A program made the translations under genes and the position numbers. Under the pieces are notes generated by a model. The model did no database searches and was not told the origin of the DNA. It was given only the letters and a program-made list of their open reading frames with translations. A DNA stretch of 63,260 nucleotides, the filler included, from Intoshia linei (lineage: Eukaryota; Animalia; Orthonectida): NCBI GenBank assembly GCA_001642005.1. It is 5 parts of 5 records of this genome, joined end to end, with 100 filler letters (N's around TTAATTAATTAA, not from the genome) between each part and the next. Parts side by side here need not be neighbours in the genome. Positions count along the whole stretch, not along the records: positions 1 to 7,911 come from LWCA01001508.1; positions 8,012 to 20,156 come from LWCA01001109.1; 3 more parts are not named here. The stretch is one strand, 5' to 3'. Of the stretch, positions 1 to 13,257 are shown in pieces (the stretch's first letter is position 1; each line of letters starts with the position of its first letter).

Positions 1-416
1 TATCTATAGTTTTTAAAATATTGAAGGAACGTTCTACAGATACCTGGGAGCAGGTAATTACCAATATAACTATAGAAATCTGAAATAAGATAGGCATTGA
101 TTCTTTAAAAATATTCCACTGTTTTATTGGATTAATTACATAATATATTTTTATACCATAAGAAATGTAATTATTAATTTCTGCTAATTAATAAGTCGAG
201 CTCAAAAATTTTTTGCACAATACTCAAGCTCGAAAAAAATTTACTCAATACAAACTCACGATTGTGCACTTTTTTGCACAATGAGCATGATCAACACAAA
301 ACTCATTGAGTTTTGTGCCACCTCTAAACATTAGTGATATTTTCATATTAGATCATTTTAAATAGCATCAATTGAAATGGAATTGTCGACGTGTGGTGAG
401 AATCATAAAATTTATT

Positions 417-434
417 TCGACAGTGAAAGGGTTA
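417..434 (-). mobile_element. piggyBac-like terminal sequence (TTAA-CCCTTTCACTG on the minus strand)
   Basis: The sequence cagtgaaagggttaa matches a CCCTTT terminus next to TTAA. The partner end was not seen. Confidence 0.3.
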
Positions 435-657
435 AAGGGTTGATAATAGTGAATAGTAGCATTTTTATGCAAGATTTTATTTTTACGGTAGAATTTAAAA
501 ACTCTTCCCTTGGCAGATCGAGGTGACACAAAACAGTGAGCTAGTTGTATATATTAATAATAAGAATGTAATGTGAAAAATTGTATGCTTATTTTCAGTA
601 AAATCATCTTTTCAATTAATTAATATATTTTAACTCATAGTTTATATTTAAATTTAG

Positions 658-3600
658 TATTACCAATATGAAAAAGATGAATTTTACTTTATGTATACAA
701 AAGTATTGGGATACTTCAACATTATATTTACTTCTCTCTTCACTATAGAATGTATTTTAAAATTAATTGCATTTGGACCGAAGGTTATTATCACTATTAT
801 TATTAATAGTTTAGATGTAAAAAAAATTCAATTTTAGAATTATTTCAGAGATGCTTGGAATATATTTGACTTTGTGACAGTTTTGGGTAGTATAACAGAT
901 GTGGTTGCTTCAGAATTTGAAGTAAAAATTTTTGGTTATTATGAGATATTTTTATTTATAGAATAAATTTATTAACCTGGGGTTTCTACGACTCTTTAGA
1001 GCAGCTAGATTAATTAAATTGTTGCGCCAAAAAGCAAACATTAGAATGTTGATGTGGACATTCATTCAAAGTTTTAAACAATTACCATACGTTTGCTTGT
1101 TAATGTGGATGCTTTTTTTTATATATGCAATAATTGGAATGCAAGTAATATAAAATGTATATAATAGGTTTAAATGACGTAGTTATTTGGAAATATTTCA
1201 CTGGAGAATACGCTGGCCATTACTAGACAGAATAACTTTAGAAATTTTTTGCAATCAGTCATGTTATTGTTCAGGTTAATATAAATATTCGTGAAATTAA
1301 ATTCATGTTCAGATGCGCAACTGGAGAAAATTGGCAAGAAATAATGTTATCATGTATGTCTGGTGCAGCATGTGATCCCGAATCTACATATGGTGATAAA
1401 TATGAATGTGGACTTAATATTTCCATCTTATATTTTGTTACATTTATTTTTCTATCATCGTTTTTGGTAAAAAATAAATATTTTTTTATATATATTAAAA
1501 TATGTTAGATGTTAAATTTGTTTGTTGCAGTAATTATGGACAACTTTGATTACTTAACGAGAGATACTTCCATTCTAGGACCTCATCATTTGGACGAATA
1601 TGTTAATGCTTGGTCTGAATTAGACCCTAATGCCTCGTATTATTACTATATATTAACATTTAATAATAATGTTTTAAAATTTATTATTAATAATCTGTTA
1701 ATTAAATATAACTATAATGTAGCCATTACATATATAAAAAATATTAAATTCATAATATGGATACGTAGCTTAAGGTGTCACATTTTGGGGAAATTTTGAG
1801 CATTTGATGGACAACTAGCACTAAATATTTGTTTTTTTAAAATATAAAAACTATTTCGCAATCAAAAACATTTAACGCTATCTATTCGAGTTGTATTTGT
1901 TATGTGAATTATCTTACTAAAAAGTTTATGAAGAAATTAAAACAGAAATTCATTCGAAGGGAAAAGTAGATATAACGATATATCCATAGTTAAGGATTTA
2001 CTACGTTGAACACTGTGTTATATTGTATATGTTAATTTTTTAAATTAAACTATAAATGATTTATTTTGGGTTTTGGATATTGTTAAAATCTAAAAGTCTA
2101 ATAAATATATTTTATCTCATTATCAACCCTGGTAAAAAACGACACAATGAACTATATTTGTATACTAAAGTTCTTATAAATAATAAAATTTCAAAATTGT
2201 TAAGCATTCTGGTCTACTATCCCACAAACGTTCTTTAAACACCAAATCAAAATAATAATAAAAACTATCATTATAAAAAAAATTTTTTTCGTATTATACC
2301 TTTACACATTATATTTGTAGAATAATGTCTACATAAATAATATAATAATAATAGAATACAACTGAACGCGATTTATTAAAATATATATTATTAAATTATT
2401 TTTAAAAAATACGGTATATTTGTATAGATAGAGGATGTACTAACGAAAAAAAGTTGATAATTATAATGTATTACTAGTATAATAGAATATAATTCTGATT
2501 AAAATTCGATTTATCCAAAAAATAATTTACTATTTTAATTGAAGTCCTTGTACTAAAATTCAGTAAAAAATATAGTGTGGAAAACACAATAGTAGCTACT
2601 ATTGTACGAAGTACAAAACAGAAAAAATTTATATATTTAATTACACAACAAAAATTATAAATATTCTATAGTGGACTGGCAAATTATGTTGACGTTTACG
2701 ATATGCTTAAACGATTAGAACCACCTGTGGGATTTGGCAAAAATTGTCCCAACAGATTGGCATATAGGGTAATATTTATTTTAGTACATGTTAACATTCT
2801 AGCGATTTATTCGAATGGATATGATGATGGATAAAGATAAAAAAGTACACTTTAACGCTACCTTGTTTGCACTGATTCGAGAATCTCTTTCAATAAAAAT
2901 GGGATCAGGTTCATTTAAAAATTTAAAATATATTTTACAGTTTATGAAATGATGGAACTTGATAAAAGCCTCAGGAATACAATTGAAACTCTTTGGCCAG
3001 TGTATCCTAAGACTAAATTGGATATAATACTACCATATAGAAATAGTAATCAAAATAATACAAAATAAATATATTTATTTTAGATATACCTGTAGAAGTT
3101 TTAACAGTAGGGAAAATGTATGCATGTCAATTAATTATTGAATCATGGCGAGCTTCAAAATTAGAAAAAAAACCTGCGAGATCGGTAATTATTATTGTTT
3201 AAATTATAAAAAATAAATAATGGTTATATTTATTAGTCATACTTTACCAATTTAATCGGAATGGCTAATGACCCATCAAATTCTTCTAATGTCGCCAATT
3301 TTATTAAAGATGCAATGTAATTTGAAATTAATTATAATATCATTATTCTTACAAATAATTGCAGTAATTAATTACAATTGTTAAAAATTACACTATCTAA
3401 CAAAATTATACATACTTATATGCAGGGATTGGAATTAATTGATTGCAACCAATTTAATTGCAATTAATTGGTAAAAATTATTGAAAAATAATCAATTAAT
3501 TGTTTGTTAAAAAATTATTTCCAATCCCCGATTATATGTACTTAAATTTGACATTATATTAATTAGTTAATAATTAGACGAGTCAATAGCAATGTCTTAT

Positions 3601-6600
3601 GATCTTAAATCTATGCAAAAAATCTTTCTCTATTTAATCTAATCTGAAAATTAAAAAATCGAAGTTACAGTGCCCGACATAAGTCTTAGACACCCCAATT
3701 TTAATTAATCTAAACACTTCTGGTTCATGATTTAAGACATTTTCTTATATCATCATCTTATATCTAGTGTATGATCAAGAACAAATATTTAACAACCCTA
3801 AAAAAGTAAAAACTATAAAAAAAATTTAATAATTAATGAAATATAGGTATTTTTAATTAAAATTGCAAAATTCCTAGCGACATAAGTTTTAGGCATCTAT
3901 AAAATAATACAATTAATTATGTAAATTAAATGAAAATATTAGATAAATATATATAAAATTACTAATATTTAGTATTCNATATATAAAATTACTAATATTT
4001 AGTATTCTATCATTTATTTTTAATCATTGAAACAATTCTTCTAGGCAACGAGGCATAGAACCCTTAAATAGTTTATAGAGGTACACGGTCACATTCGTCG
4101 TGTATATATCTCCATAGTTCTTCTAAGTTTTGTTGTTTTTGCCGTTTGACACGATTCACAATCTTGATGTTTCTTCAATACATCCAAAAATGATACTCGT
4201 CTGCTTTTCTAAGGATTCTATGGTATTCTTGAGCATTTATTCCTACTATACACTTTATTAATAATCTTTTTCCATTTGCCCTAATACCACCTAAATCATA
4301 TTTTACTGCGTATTTGTAATACTTCTACTTATGTACATTGATAAGAATTTTGTTTTTTACGTTTTCGAACGTATACTCTTCCATTTGTAAATAATTTAAA
4401 TCAACTTTCATCAGTGAAGCTTATATTTTTCCATTGGTTCGTCCATGCCACTTTTTACTTACACCTTTTAAAACGGTTTGTTCTGTGAAATTTTTTAAGA
4501 AACAGTTTTCGACTTGCACTTCTTCCATATAATCCAAATCTATATAACACACGTTTCACCGTCCTACAAGTCACAGAACGGATCAAGGAAAACAGTTTAC
4601 CTCTTAAGTAATGAAAGGTATATGTCAACAATTTACTGTAAATCATAATATGGTGCAACCATATATACATGAACAAAATGGTGCAGTCGAACGCTCAAAT
4701 AGAGTTGTGCGCGAAAAGTTAAGAATTTTGTGCAATAACAATTTTGATGAATGGGATAGATTTATGGATCCTCTAAAAGCAAATTTTAGATTTTTGACAA
4801 CCGAAAAAAATAGTGTATCACACCTTGAATTAGTGTATGGAATTCTCTTACAAAACTTATCTTTATTTTATTTAACATTTACATGTGTTAACTTATTTCT
4901 TTAAATTAAAAGTTTAGCTATACGTTTATAAAATACTTCATTACACACTGTATAACGGTTTTTGACTGTAAATTGCATGTATAGAACAATAAAATACAGG
5001 AAAGTTAAACAGGTATTGTGAACATCTGGTATAAATTCATACTGTGAATAGTGGTGTTCCAAATCTATTTATTTATTGTAAAATTAATTTTGATGTGATA
5101 CGACTACAAACATGGAAATAAGGCATATAAATAATTTGACAGAATAAAACTGCATTAATTCTTTGAATTTGTGGGTACTCACAAAATGATAGGAATGTAC
5201 CTATGCCGTTGATTTTATGTTCTGATTTTATTAACTTTTTTTGTAAGTTTTCACGGGAAAAATTATTTCCAAACAGGTCACATTTCGTAGGGAATATTCT
5301 TTTAAGGGTATCAATACGTTGTGTATCTAAAATTAATATTTAAAATAAGGTCACATATGGTCGATAAATTTAATTAAGAATTTTAGAAAATCAAATGAAA
5401 CAATAAATAAATTAAACAACGATAATGTAATTAATAATTATATAAATTAAAAACATACATTTTTATAGGAAAAAGCAATTAAAATTGATATTGATAGTAA
5501 TAAAGAGGATAACAAGGAAAATAAATTCATTATCAATGAATTAGAGTCAAAAAATGTACATGTAATGCTTATTTGTATACCGGTTAAATGTTAATTATCT
5601 AGATTGAAATACCAAAAAGTATTGCAAGGCGCTTGAGTTTCGGAAATTTTATTACACCTATGAAAAGAGACGAATTTATGGATACCCGTGCTGATGAAAA
5701 TATTAATAAAAGCAATCAATTATTGCAATCAGTGGGTGGATTTTTAGAAAATGTTAACAAGTCAGTGGGAAATGTTATTGTTAATCTAATGGGGAACAAA
5801 CATGATACTGAAAAAAACGTAAATAAAATTCAAACTAAGGAAGTGCCTATATCAGCACAACAAATTAAAAATGAAAAAGCGAATTTTCAGAAAAAAATAC
5901 ACCTCATTAAATGCAAGAATAGAAAAAGTTTAGATATAATTAAATACGAATATAATAACGAACTTGCAATTAATTCAATGCCGATACATAATCATAATAA
6001 ATTCCACCCACATAACCAAAGGGAATTATTCCCTACTGATGTCAATAATTCAAAATTAAATCAATCTCAAATATACGACAATTTTAATGAAACAACTGGT
6101 TTATCAGAAGAAAAAAAATGTACATTTCAACAAACAACAATGGACGATAAAATTCAAAAATATGATTATATGCATCATAATTCATATAAAAAAAGAGGTA
6201 TTATAAAATTTTGATATTCTAAATTAATTTTAGAAATGTATTCACGGTTAATGTCGCAAGGAGTATCGTATGGATCATCTCGCCCTGTTGATTCAATAAT
6301 AGATGATTTTCATTCATATTCAAGTTGTTCAACAGAAGCATACGCATCCCATAATAGCTTTATTAGAGATATATATCAAATCGACAGTGTTAGTAGTATA
6401 TGGGATAGTAGTGCCGCCAGTGAATTAATGAATTGTGGTTTAATATCTATGGAATCACGAAGAAATGTACCAGGAAATAAAACGCACAATACCAATACAC
6501 AATATTATTCAAATATCGATGATGATCAAATAAATAATTCTTGGTATACAAAAAGTGAAAATATATTAAAGGGAAACACAAATTATGCGGAACAAATGAA

Positions 6601-6772
6601 TATAGTTAGAAATACAACCTCAATGAATCCGTTGAAATCAGTTAACAAAAAAAAATTTCAACAAAATGAAAATGTGTCCGAATCGAACAAAAATTTTTTA
6701 TATAGACGCTACTTACCATGTCCACAGAATGGTTCATACTATCATGTTCAAGATAAAAATAAAAATGAATAA
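658..6772 (+). CDS. Voltage-gated calcium channel alpha1 subunit, Cav2 (N/P/Q-type) class; repeat IV and C-terminus only, 5' part lies upstream of the window
   Basis: Spliced exons from 658 read [38 protein letters not shown], the S4 segment [16 protein letters not shown], the pore [51 protein letters not shown] and the IQ region [16 protein letters not shown]. Low-complexity tail exons follow at about 5469-6772. [12 protein letters not shown] is typical of Cav2. Confidence 0.95.
3423..3530. mobile_element. hAT-type MITE in a Cav2 intron
   Basis: TIRs cagggattggaa...ttccaatccccg, flanked by a near-identical 8-bp TSD (cttatatg/attatatg). Confidence 0.65.
3669..4610 (-). mobile_element. Decayed Tc1-like element (3' end plus broken transposase) in a Cav2 intron
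   Basis: TA-CAGTGCCCGACATAAGTC terminus with an internal repeat near 3880. The minus-strand ORF contains [24 protein letters not shown]. The region is the reverse-complement homologue of 32523-33161. Confidence 0.85.
4611..4850 (+). mobile_element. Ty3/Gypsy-like integrase (rve) fragment
   Basis: [22 protein letters not shown]...WD...SHLELVYG matches the retroelement integrase pattern P-x-x-N-G-x-x-E-R-x-N. Confidence 0.75.
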
Positions 6773-7911
6773 TTCATTGTATACGCTATATTAGACACTA
6801 GAAAAGTGACCAGTTCGAATAGATAACTACTACGGTGTCCATTTTTTTATTCAGTTAGTATTTACTTTCACTTAAATGTAATTATTGAAATTATATTTAA
6901 TAATTAAAATACTAAAATAAATGTTGCTCAGAAATGTATGCAATGTGATGTTTTCTATGGCTCTGTTGTGTTTACCGTGTTTAGTTTTACATTTTTATTC
7001 ACTTATATTATTTATTGTGGTTTTTACGAAAGTCTAGATTTTGCATTTATTTGTTTACGAGGAATACAACGATGATAAATACCAAAATAAATTAGCTCAA
7101 TATCATGAAATTAATTTAAAAAAAAAAAAAAATTCTACAACAAAAAATATCATGAAATTTATTATAATCACAAAAATTAATTGAATTGAATTAGTATTAT
7201 AATACTAATTAAGTAATAATAATTTGGAATAAACTATGGTGTACTTTCGTATTTTAATATAAAGTATCTTACACGGTTCAACAAAATTAAAATTTTTGCG
7301 ATACATTATAAGATTACTTTATTCTTAATCTACTCACGATTAGAATTTTAACGATATCTGTATATCGTTAAAATACAATATTGGTAAAATTATTAGAAAG
7401 AATTTATAAAATTTATTAAAACGTTCAGCATAGTATATTTAGGAATTTAAATAAATATATAATGTAATGAAATTATCAGTCAATATTAAGGTGTTAACTT
7501 TTTGATCGAATTCTAGAAATTAAAAAAATACAGGGCCGTACGGTATGAGAAATGCAATAAAAATAACATCTGCGGTGTTTGTTTTTAATATTATTACAAA
7601 AACATTGGCCTGCTTTGCAATTTAAAAATATCTATAATATAAACTGAAATTTGTTATTATATTATTTTTTATGATTATTATTAATTTCAAGCAATTAACG
7701 GTGTCATTATTTAATTCACTGTCAATGCATGTAACCGATCTAATATTTTTAGGCATTTGAAAGTATTTATGGTACTGTCGTTACTTCACCTCGTAAAGAA
7801 TATGATAAATAGTATAAATCAATTTTTTTAATCAAAGTGGCAAGGTTGTTAGTTAGTAGTGAATTATATGGTAGAACACCTAACAGTGAAAAAATATACA
7901 TATGATGCAAC

Positions 7912-8011
7912 NNNNNNNNNNNNNNNNNNNNNNNNNNNNNNNNNNNNNNNNNNNNTTAATTAATTAANNNNNNNNNNNNNNNNNNNNNNNNNNNNNNNNN
8001 NNNNNNNNNNN
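7912..8011. other. Artificial contig spacer (N-run + TTAATTAATTAA + N-run, 100 nt)
   Basis: Identical spacers occur at 7912-8011, 20157-20256, 32423-32522 and 56018-56117. The 12-mer places stop codons in all six frames. Confidence 0.95.
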
Positions 8012-8545
8012 GTATTTATATCAACTGGAATAAGCTCTATCAGAATAATCTTTTTTTTAATTTTCTGGCAGTTAATTATTTCACATTTTTTGTTTTATAT
8101 ATATGATATATTTGATTTGATTTGATTTATACATATTTATAATATATGAATACTAAAATGCTTTTTTGACCATGAAGGTGTCACTTATTCAGATTGAAAT
8201 TTCATTTGTGTGTTAACAAGATACAACTGTATCACCTATATTTTTTTTAAATTTTAGGGCTGTTTTCATTAAAAAAAGGGTAATTCGGGATTTTAGCCCT
8301 GAGGTATATTTTTTTAAATTCTCCAACTCGTTTGATTTTCAAAAAGAGGGAAAACTGGGGTTTTTGACCAGTAAGATGTAAAATTGAGAGGTTAAAATTA
8401 AGTTTGCGAACATCTCCGAAAAAAACTATAATTAAAATGTGGACTTAATAAAATTCTAAGACGGGTAATTATTTAAATAAAGCTGAAGCACACACAGACA
8501 CACACACACAAACAAAAATCGCGTAGCATATTATATAAGTTACGA
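8012..8545 (-). mobile_element. Non-autonomous Helitron-like repeat (family H), minus-strand copy
   Basis: The 5' end on the minus strand is A|TCGTAACTTATATAAT followed by a (TG)n tract. It shares the blocks gtatttatatcaactggaataagctctatcag and gtgtgttaacaagatacaactg with the other copies. Confidence 0.7.
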
Positions 8546-8867
8546 TTATCATTAAAATTGGTAGTTAATAGGCTGAGTATGTTCTCCAAATCATTATAAG
8601 TCAAGAAGGCCCGTTATCCATTTTTCACAAATATAATTTTTAAAACAACACTCAAAGGAATGGTATTCATTTTTTTCAGTAATTAAAAATTAATTACAAA
8701 ACCTCGAGGGACCGATCAAAATGCACGAAGAGTTAATCCGGTTTAAATCTAGGATACTTATTAACATAATAATATTAAGATAAAACTAATTACTGTCAAT
8801 GGTTCAGTCTAATTAAAGTTTACAAATTTTTTATTTTCAATTTAATGTTTTTTATGTGGTAATTTAG

Positions 8868-11800
8868 ATAATGAAATATTGTGGAAACATTTATTGTTGG
8901 TTATTCATGGAATGGGAGTTAATTTTAATGGATACACAGATTTTGTAGATTCTGGTAAGTTCCCTTGTTTTGAACTAATATTGTATACAAAATAAAAAAC
9001 TTTCCAAATGAAATGCCGTTTTAGTTGACACACTTAAAAAAAATATTAATGGCAAAAATCTTGAAGAAAATGCAATAGAATGCGTTCCCATCATTTGGTT
9101 TGACATAAACAAATCTTTTAAATCACCCATCAGGTTATAAATATAATTAATTACATATTTAATTGAAACGACACAAATCTACTCAGTCACAATCCCTAGC
9201 CCCAGTGATACCCATATAATTTTAACATTTCGCGTGGACTCAAATCTTTTTGATTTAAAATAAAGGGTCCACTGGATCAAATTATGGACCAAATTGACGA
9301 CCCTTAACCTATTAAAAAGAAAATAAAATGTATTTAAATCAATCAATTTAAAAATATTTGAATTTTATTCGGCCCGCCATACCCGAGTTTATATTTTTAA
9401 TTTTTGACTTAGATTATTCTTAAAACCCCACTAATTACTAAAAAAGCCGTATACAGCTAGATAACCGTAGATTTGTTTAAATACTAATATATCTTGCTTA
9501 AAATATAATTTATTTAATTAGAGCAATAAATGAAACAAATGCAGCAAATAAAGTTTTTCCTTTTATGACCCGTATAATACATGATATGCTTTCAGATATA
9601 CTTTTATTCAAAACGGAAGCTTCAAAAATGGTAATCATTAAAATAATTTTATCAGTAACCGGTGGTGATTCTTAGTTATTTCCAAAATATTTTTTAACAC
9701 TATTTAAATTCACTTTTTTGTGTAAGATTTAAAAAAAATATTATTTTTGAGACCATGTATCTTAAAACCACGTGTCCCATAATATCTAAGCTATGGGAAA
9801 AGGACCACTTGTAACAAAAAAATTTTAATGCAAATATAGTCATTTTTATTAATTTATATTATTATAACTTATTAAATATAATAAATTTAACATTTAATAA
9901 CGTTTAGCTCATATTTACTACAGTATTGAATCGAATGAACACAACAGTGGAAAACTTTAAAACAATAAATCCGTATTTTAAAGGAACAATAAACATTTGC
10001 GCACATAGTCTGGGAGCAGTAATAATGACTGAAATATTACTACATTCAGCTACACCAAGAGTAATTTTTATAATAGTTTAATTTATTTAAATACGTTTGA
10101 TCTACCTACATTGTAGGTTCTACAATCCTTACTTTTATGAAGTAATTTAGTTGAAAAGGTATGTCTATTTATTTTTCTGTTCCAGTTTATTTGAGAAAGT
10201 AAGAGGATTCTAGTTTTAAAACTCCCATATGTCTACTACAGCTTTTCGATAGTGATGTTTTATCGCAAATTTTATTTTCAAAAATCGAACTTTTATGTGT
10301 CAAAATTATCCAATTATCCTTTTTTTAAAATTTCAACTATTCCTAGAATTATAAAATGTACACATTCTGATAACGATTATAAAATCATCAATTTCAATTT
10401 CAAAATCTTATATCTTCACGGTCAAAACCACAATTTACCATTTTTTGTAAAAATGAAAAAAGTCTAGAATTTTATACAACATAGCTTGTGAAATAGATTT
10501 TAAAATCAATAAACATTATGGTAAATTGCAAACACAAAAAAGTTAATATTAACCATCAAAGCTCAGATTAGCCTTTTTTTAAAAAATGAAAATAGTTCTA
10601 GAATTTAAAACAAAACATTTTAATATGATAAAGTACGACCTTTATGGCCAAAAAAGCACTTAAATATTTATTTTTTTTTATATCTAAAATATTTTATTTA
10701 AAAATTTGATATAATTAACGGTTCTACTAATTGATACAGCTTATTTCAGTTGATATAAATACCAAATACACAAATGTTAACATTGCTAACTAAAATTAAT
10801 AAAACTAGACGGGATGAGTTCACTGAGTACAAATTTGGATACAATTATAAAGGTCCTTTTGGCAAATTTTGTAGCGCCCCTAAAATGCAATTTTCTATAT
10901 TTAATCAATATATTTTTTTAAATTTAATCGATAATAAATAAAAACAAAAGGAAATTTTATTATCAAAAAAAATTAAACCAGACGATTTCCGATGTTTTCC
11001 TAAACGACTACTTTGAGCTTGATGAGAATTTGAAAAGATATTAGTCTCAGGTTCAATATTTGACATGTACAACCTCAAATCACATCTGGTATAACTAGCC
11101 GCTAAAATTGATCAGTTTCCCTTAAGGTAGTACCGACGTAATAAACTGTTGGTTGAAATTAATGAATAATTTACTTTAAAAAGTTGGTAAAAAATAAAAA
11201 GATATACATTTTAAACTTTTGTGAAAATTAAGCGCGATTATTTCAGCAAATACATATTCAGTACTATTTATTATATTAGTATATTAATATATAATAATTG
11301 TTAAATTAAATTTCATTTAAATTTAGATAATTAAATTTAAACCCAATGCGTTCTTTTCAATGGGGTAATTATTTCGTTTAGAGTGAATGAAAATAAACAT
11401 GACATGTAAATAAAGGTTACCAAAGTTTTTTTCGTCGTAGAATTTCCATTCTTATTTGAAATATATAAATACCAGGTACTAAAAAATAATAACTTTAAAA
11501 TGCATTAAAATATTCCATTCCATTTCAAATTTTTTCATACATCACTTTGGCGACTTTTAATGTCAGTGCTGAACTACCGTACGCGAGGCCTATTTGTGGG
11601 AACTTCGACGAAATTTTGGTAAAATGGGGGCATTATTTTTCCAAATAGAATATTAAAAATTATAATTTCTCTATTATCATAAATACATATATACTATATA
11701 TATAGTATATGTATTTATTTTTTGTATTAAATTTAAAATGTTAAGCCAAGTTAAAAAGTCTTGGATGCAGTAGCGGATCTAGGTGGGTGCATCCTGGTGT

Positions 11801-12817
11801 ATCAAATGTGCACTAAAATATTTTAATTTGTATATTAACATTGTGTAAAATTAAAAATGTTTTACAAATTAATGACAATTTAGATTAATTACAAATGTTT
11901 AAAAATATACATCATTATAGATATAAATATATTAAATAAATATTAATTTTTATATCAATAAAAATTATTAGAATACAATTAAAAATTAAATATTAAAAAT
12001 ACATTATACACTGTGTTAGCCTTTATATTTTACACTTTACACATTACTTGACTTTATGTATGTTTATGAGTGTATGAGTTTAGCTAAACTTTAACCCTAA
12101 TAATTATTTCGCCTCCCTGGCTGAAAGTCCTAGATTCGACACCGGTTGGATGAGTGGTTAGGGTCATATGACACTAATCATCTTTTGCAAAAAAAATTTG
12201 GGCCTATTTTGCATTTCTGTAACCTCGAGTTTTGTAAGTTCGATTGTGTTTGAAATAAACGATAATAATAATAAAAATTGTATCATAATATCCAAAAAAT
12301 TTTTAGAGGTCCCATAATGCTGTTTTTGGAATTTGAAGAAATTTTATTTTGGAAAAGAAACTTTAAATTCCCACTAATTGATAAATTCATCAATATTTAT
12401 TACGTCGTAATATTTTTAATTTTACTTTATAGAGATAATTAATTTTAGGGAGATTTTCTGGCTTATAAATTTAAAAAACATATTGCTGATAATGAAACTG
12501 AATTAACTCGAACAATTGGAAAAAAAAAACAAACTATTAAATTACCAAATAAAGGTAATTTTTTACAATAATTTTAAAGTAATTCAAATATAGATATTTA
12601 TGGAAGTTTAAACAATGGATACCCAGTCGACAGAAAAATTAAGATTCGTGGAATAAAAAAACTAGCTTATCTATTTAGACTTTTTCATTATGGTGTAGCA
12701 CATTTTAAGTACTGGAATAGCAAAAACTGTGGAAAAACAATTTTAAATACTATTGTAATTAATCATACAGAAGAAAAATGCACTTTTGACGATTCTTCCA
12801 CTCATACAGTATTTTGA
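8868..12817 (+). CDS. DDHD-domain intracellular phospholipase A1 (DDHD1/DDHD2/SEC23IP family); 5' end not resolved
   Basis: Exons read HLLLVIHGMG, IECVPIIW, MLSDILLF, NPYFKGTINICAHSLGAVI (lipase motif), PNAFFSMGGPI, FINIYY/GDFLAYK and GSLNNGYPVD...AHFKYWNS. The TGA stop ends at 12817. Confidence 0.88.
10127..10808 (+). mobile_element. Helitron-like family H, diverged plus-strand copy in a DDHD intron
   Basis: Contains cttcacggtcaaaa and cagttgatataaatac, the reverse complements of family H blocks. It starts near a|tccttac and ends near CTAG. Confidence 0.6.
11768..12144. mobile_element. hAT-type MITE
   Basis: TIRs cagtagcggatctagg...cctagattcgacaccg, with an 8-bp TSD (cttggatg/gttggatg). 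Confidence 0.65.
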
Positions 12818-13257
12818 TTTCTCCATATATTAAAATACTTTTCAAATAATTTGAAAAATTTAAATACATGTGTATACTTATGTATAGTACTAAATATTAA
12901 ATTAAAACTTAACATTTGCCGGGTGCATAATTTGAGAAAAACTGTACTAAATATAAGATCACTTGACAATGATAATATCTATTAAATATAGATTAAAAAA
13001 GTCCAGGCAGGCTTCTCAATAACGCTATTTTGATATTTCAATATTTATGGCGGTATTGAAATTATAATGTTATAGCGAATAAATCAAGGAAACGGCTAAT
13101 ATTTATGAACATGCAGTACATAATCAAACTTGCTTGACTGTTATGTACTTCACAAAAACAGTACCTATCTCTGCCGAGGGTGATGGTTTTGTCAAATAAT
13201 TGACACCCCTGTTAAATTAAATGCAAATATGACCATATAAAATGAAAACATGACCAT

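Noticed and set aside
3948-4008. Direct duplication around a single N (also at about 17484-17586)
   Set aside because: Exact repeats either side of one N are typical of unmerged contig overlaps.
7769-7911. First exon(s) of the DDHD gene
   Set aside because: Short open frames exist, but they lie across an artificial spacer and lack family motifs, so they cannot be linked.
7912-8011. Recurrent TTAATTAATTAA motif inside N-runs as a biological signal
   Set aside because: It is an identical 100-nt construct at four places with stops in six frames, so it is an assembly linker.
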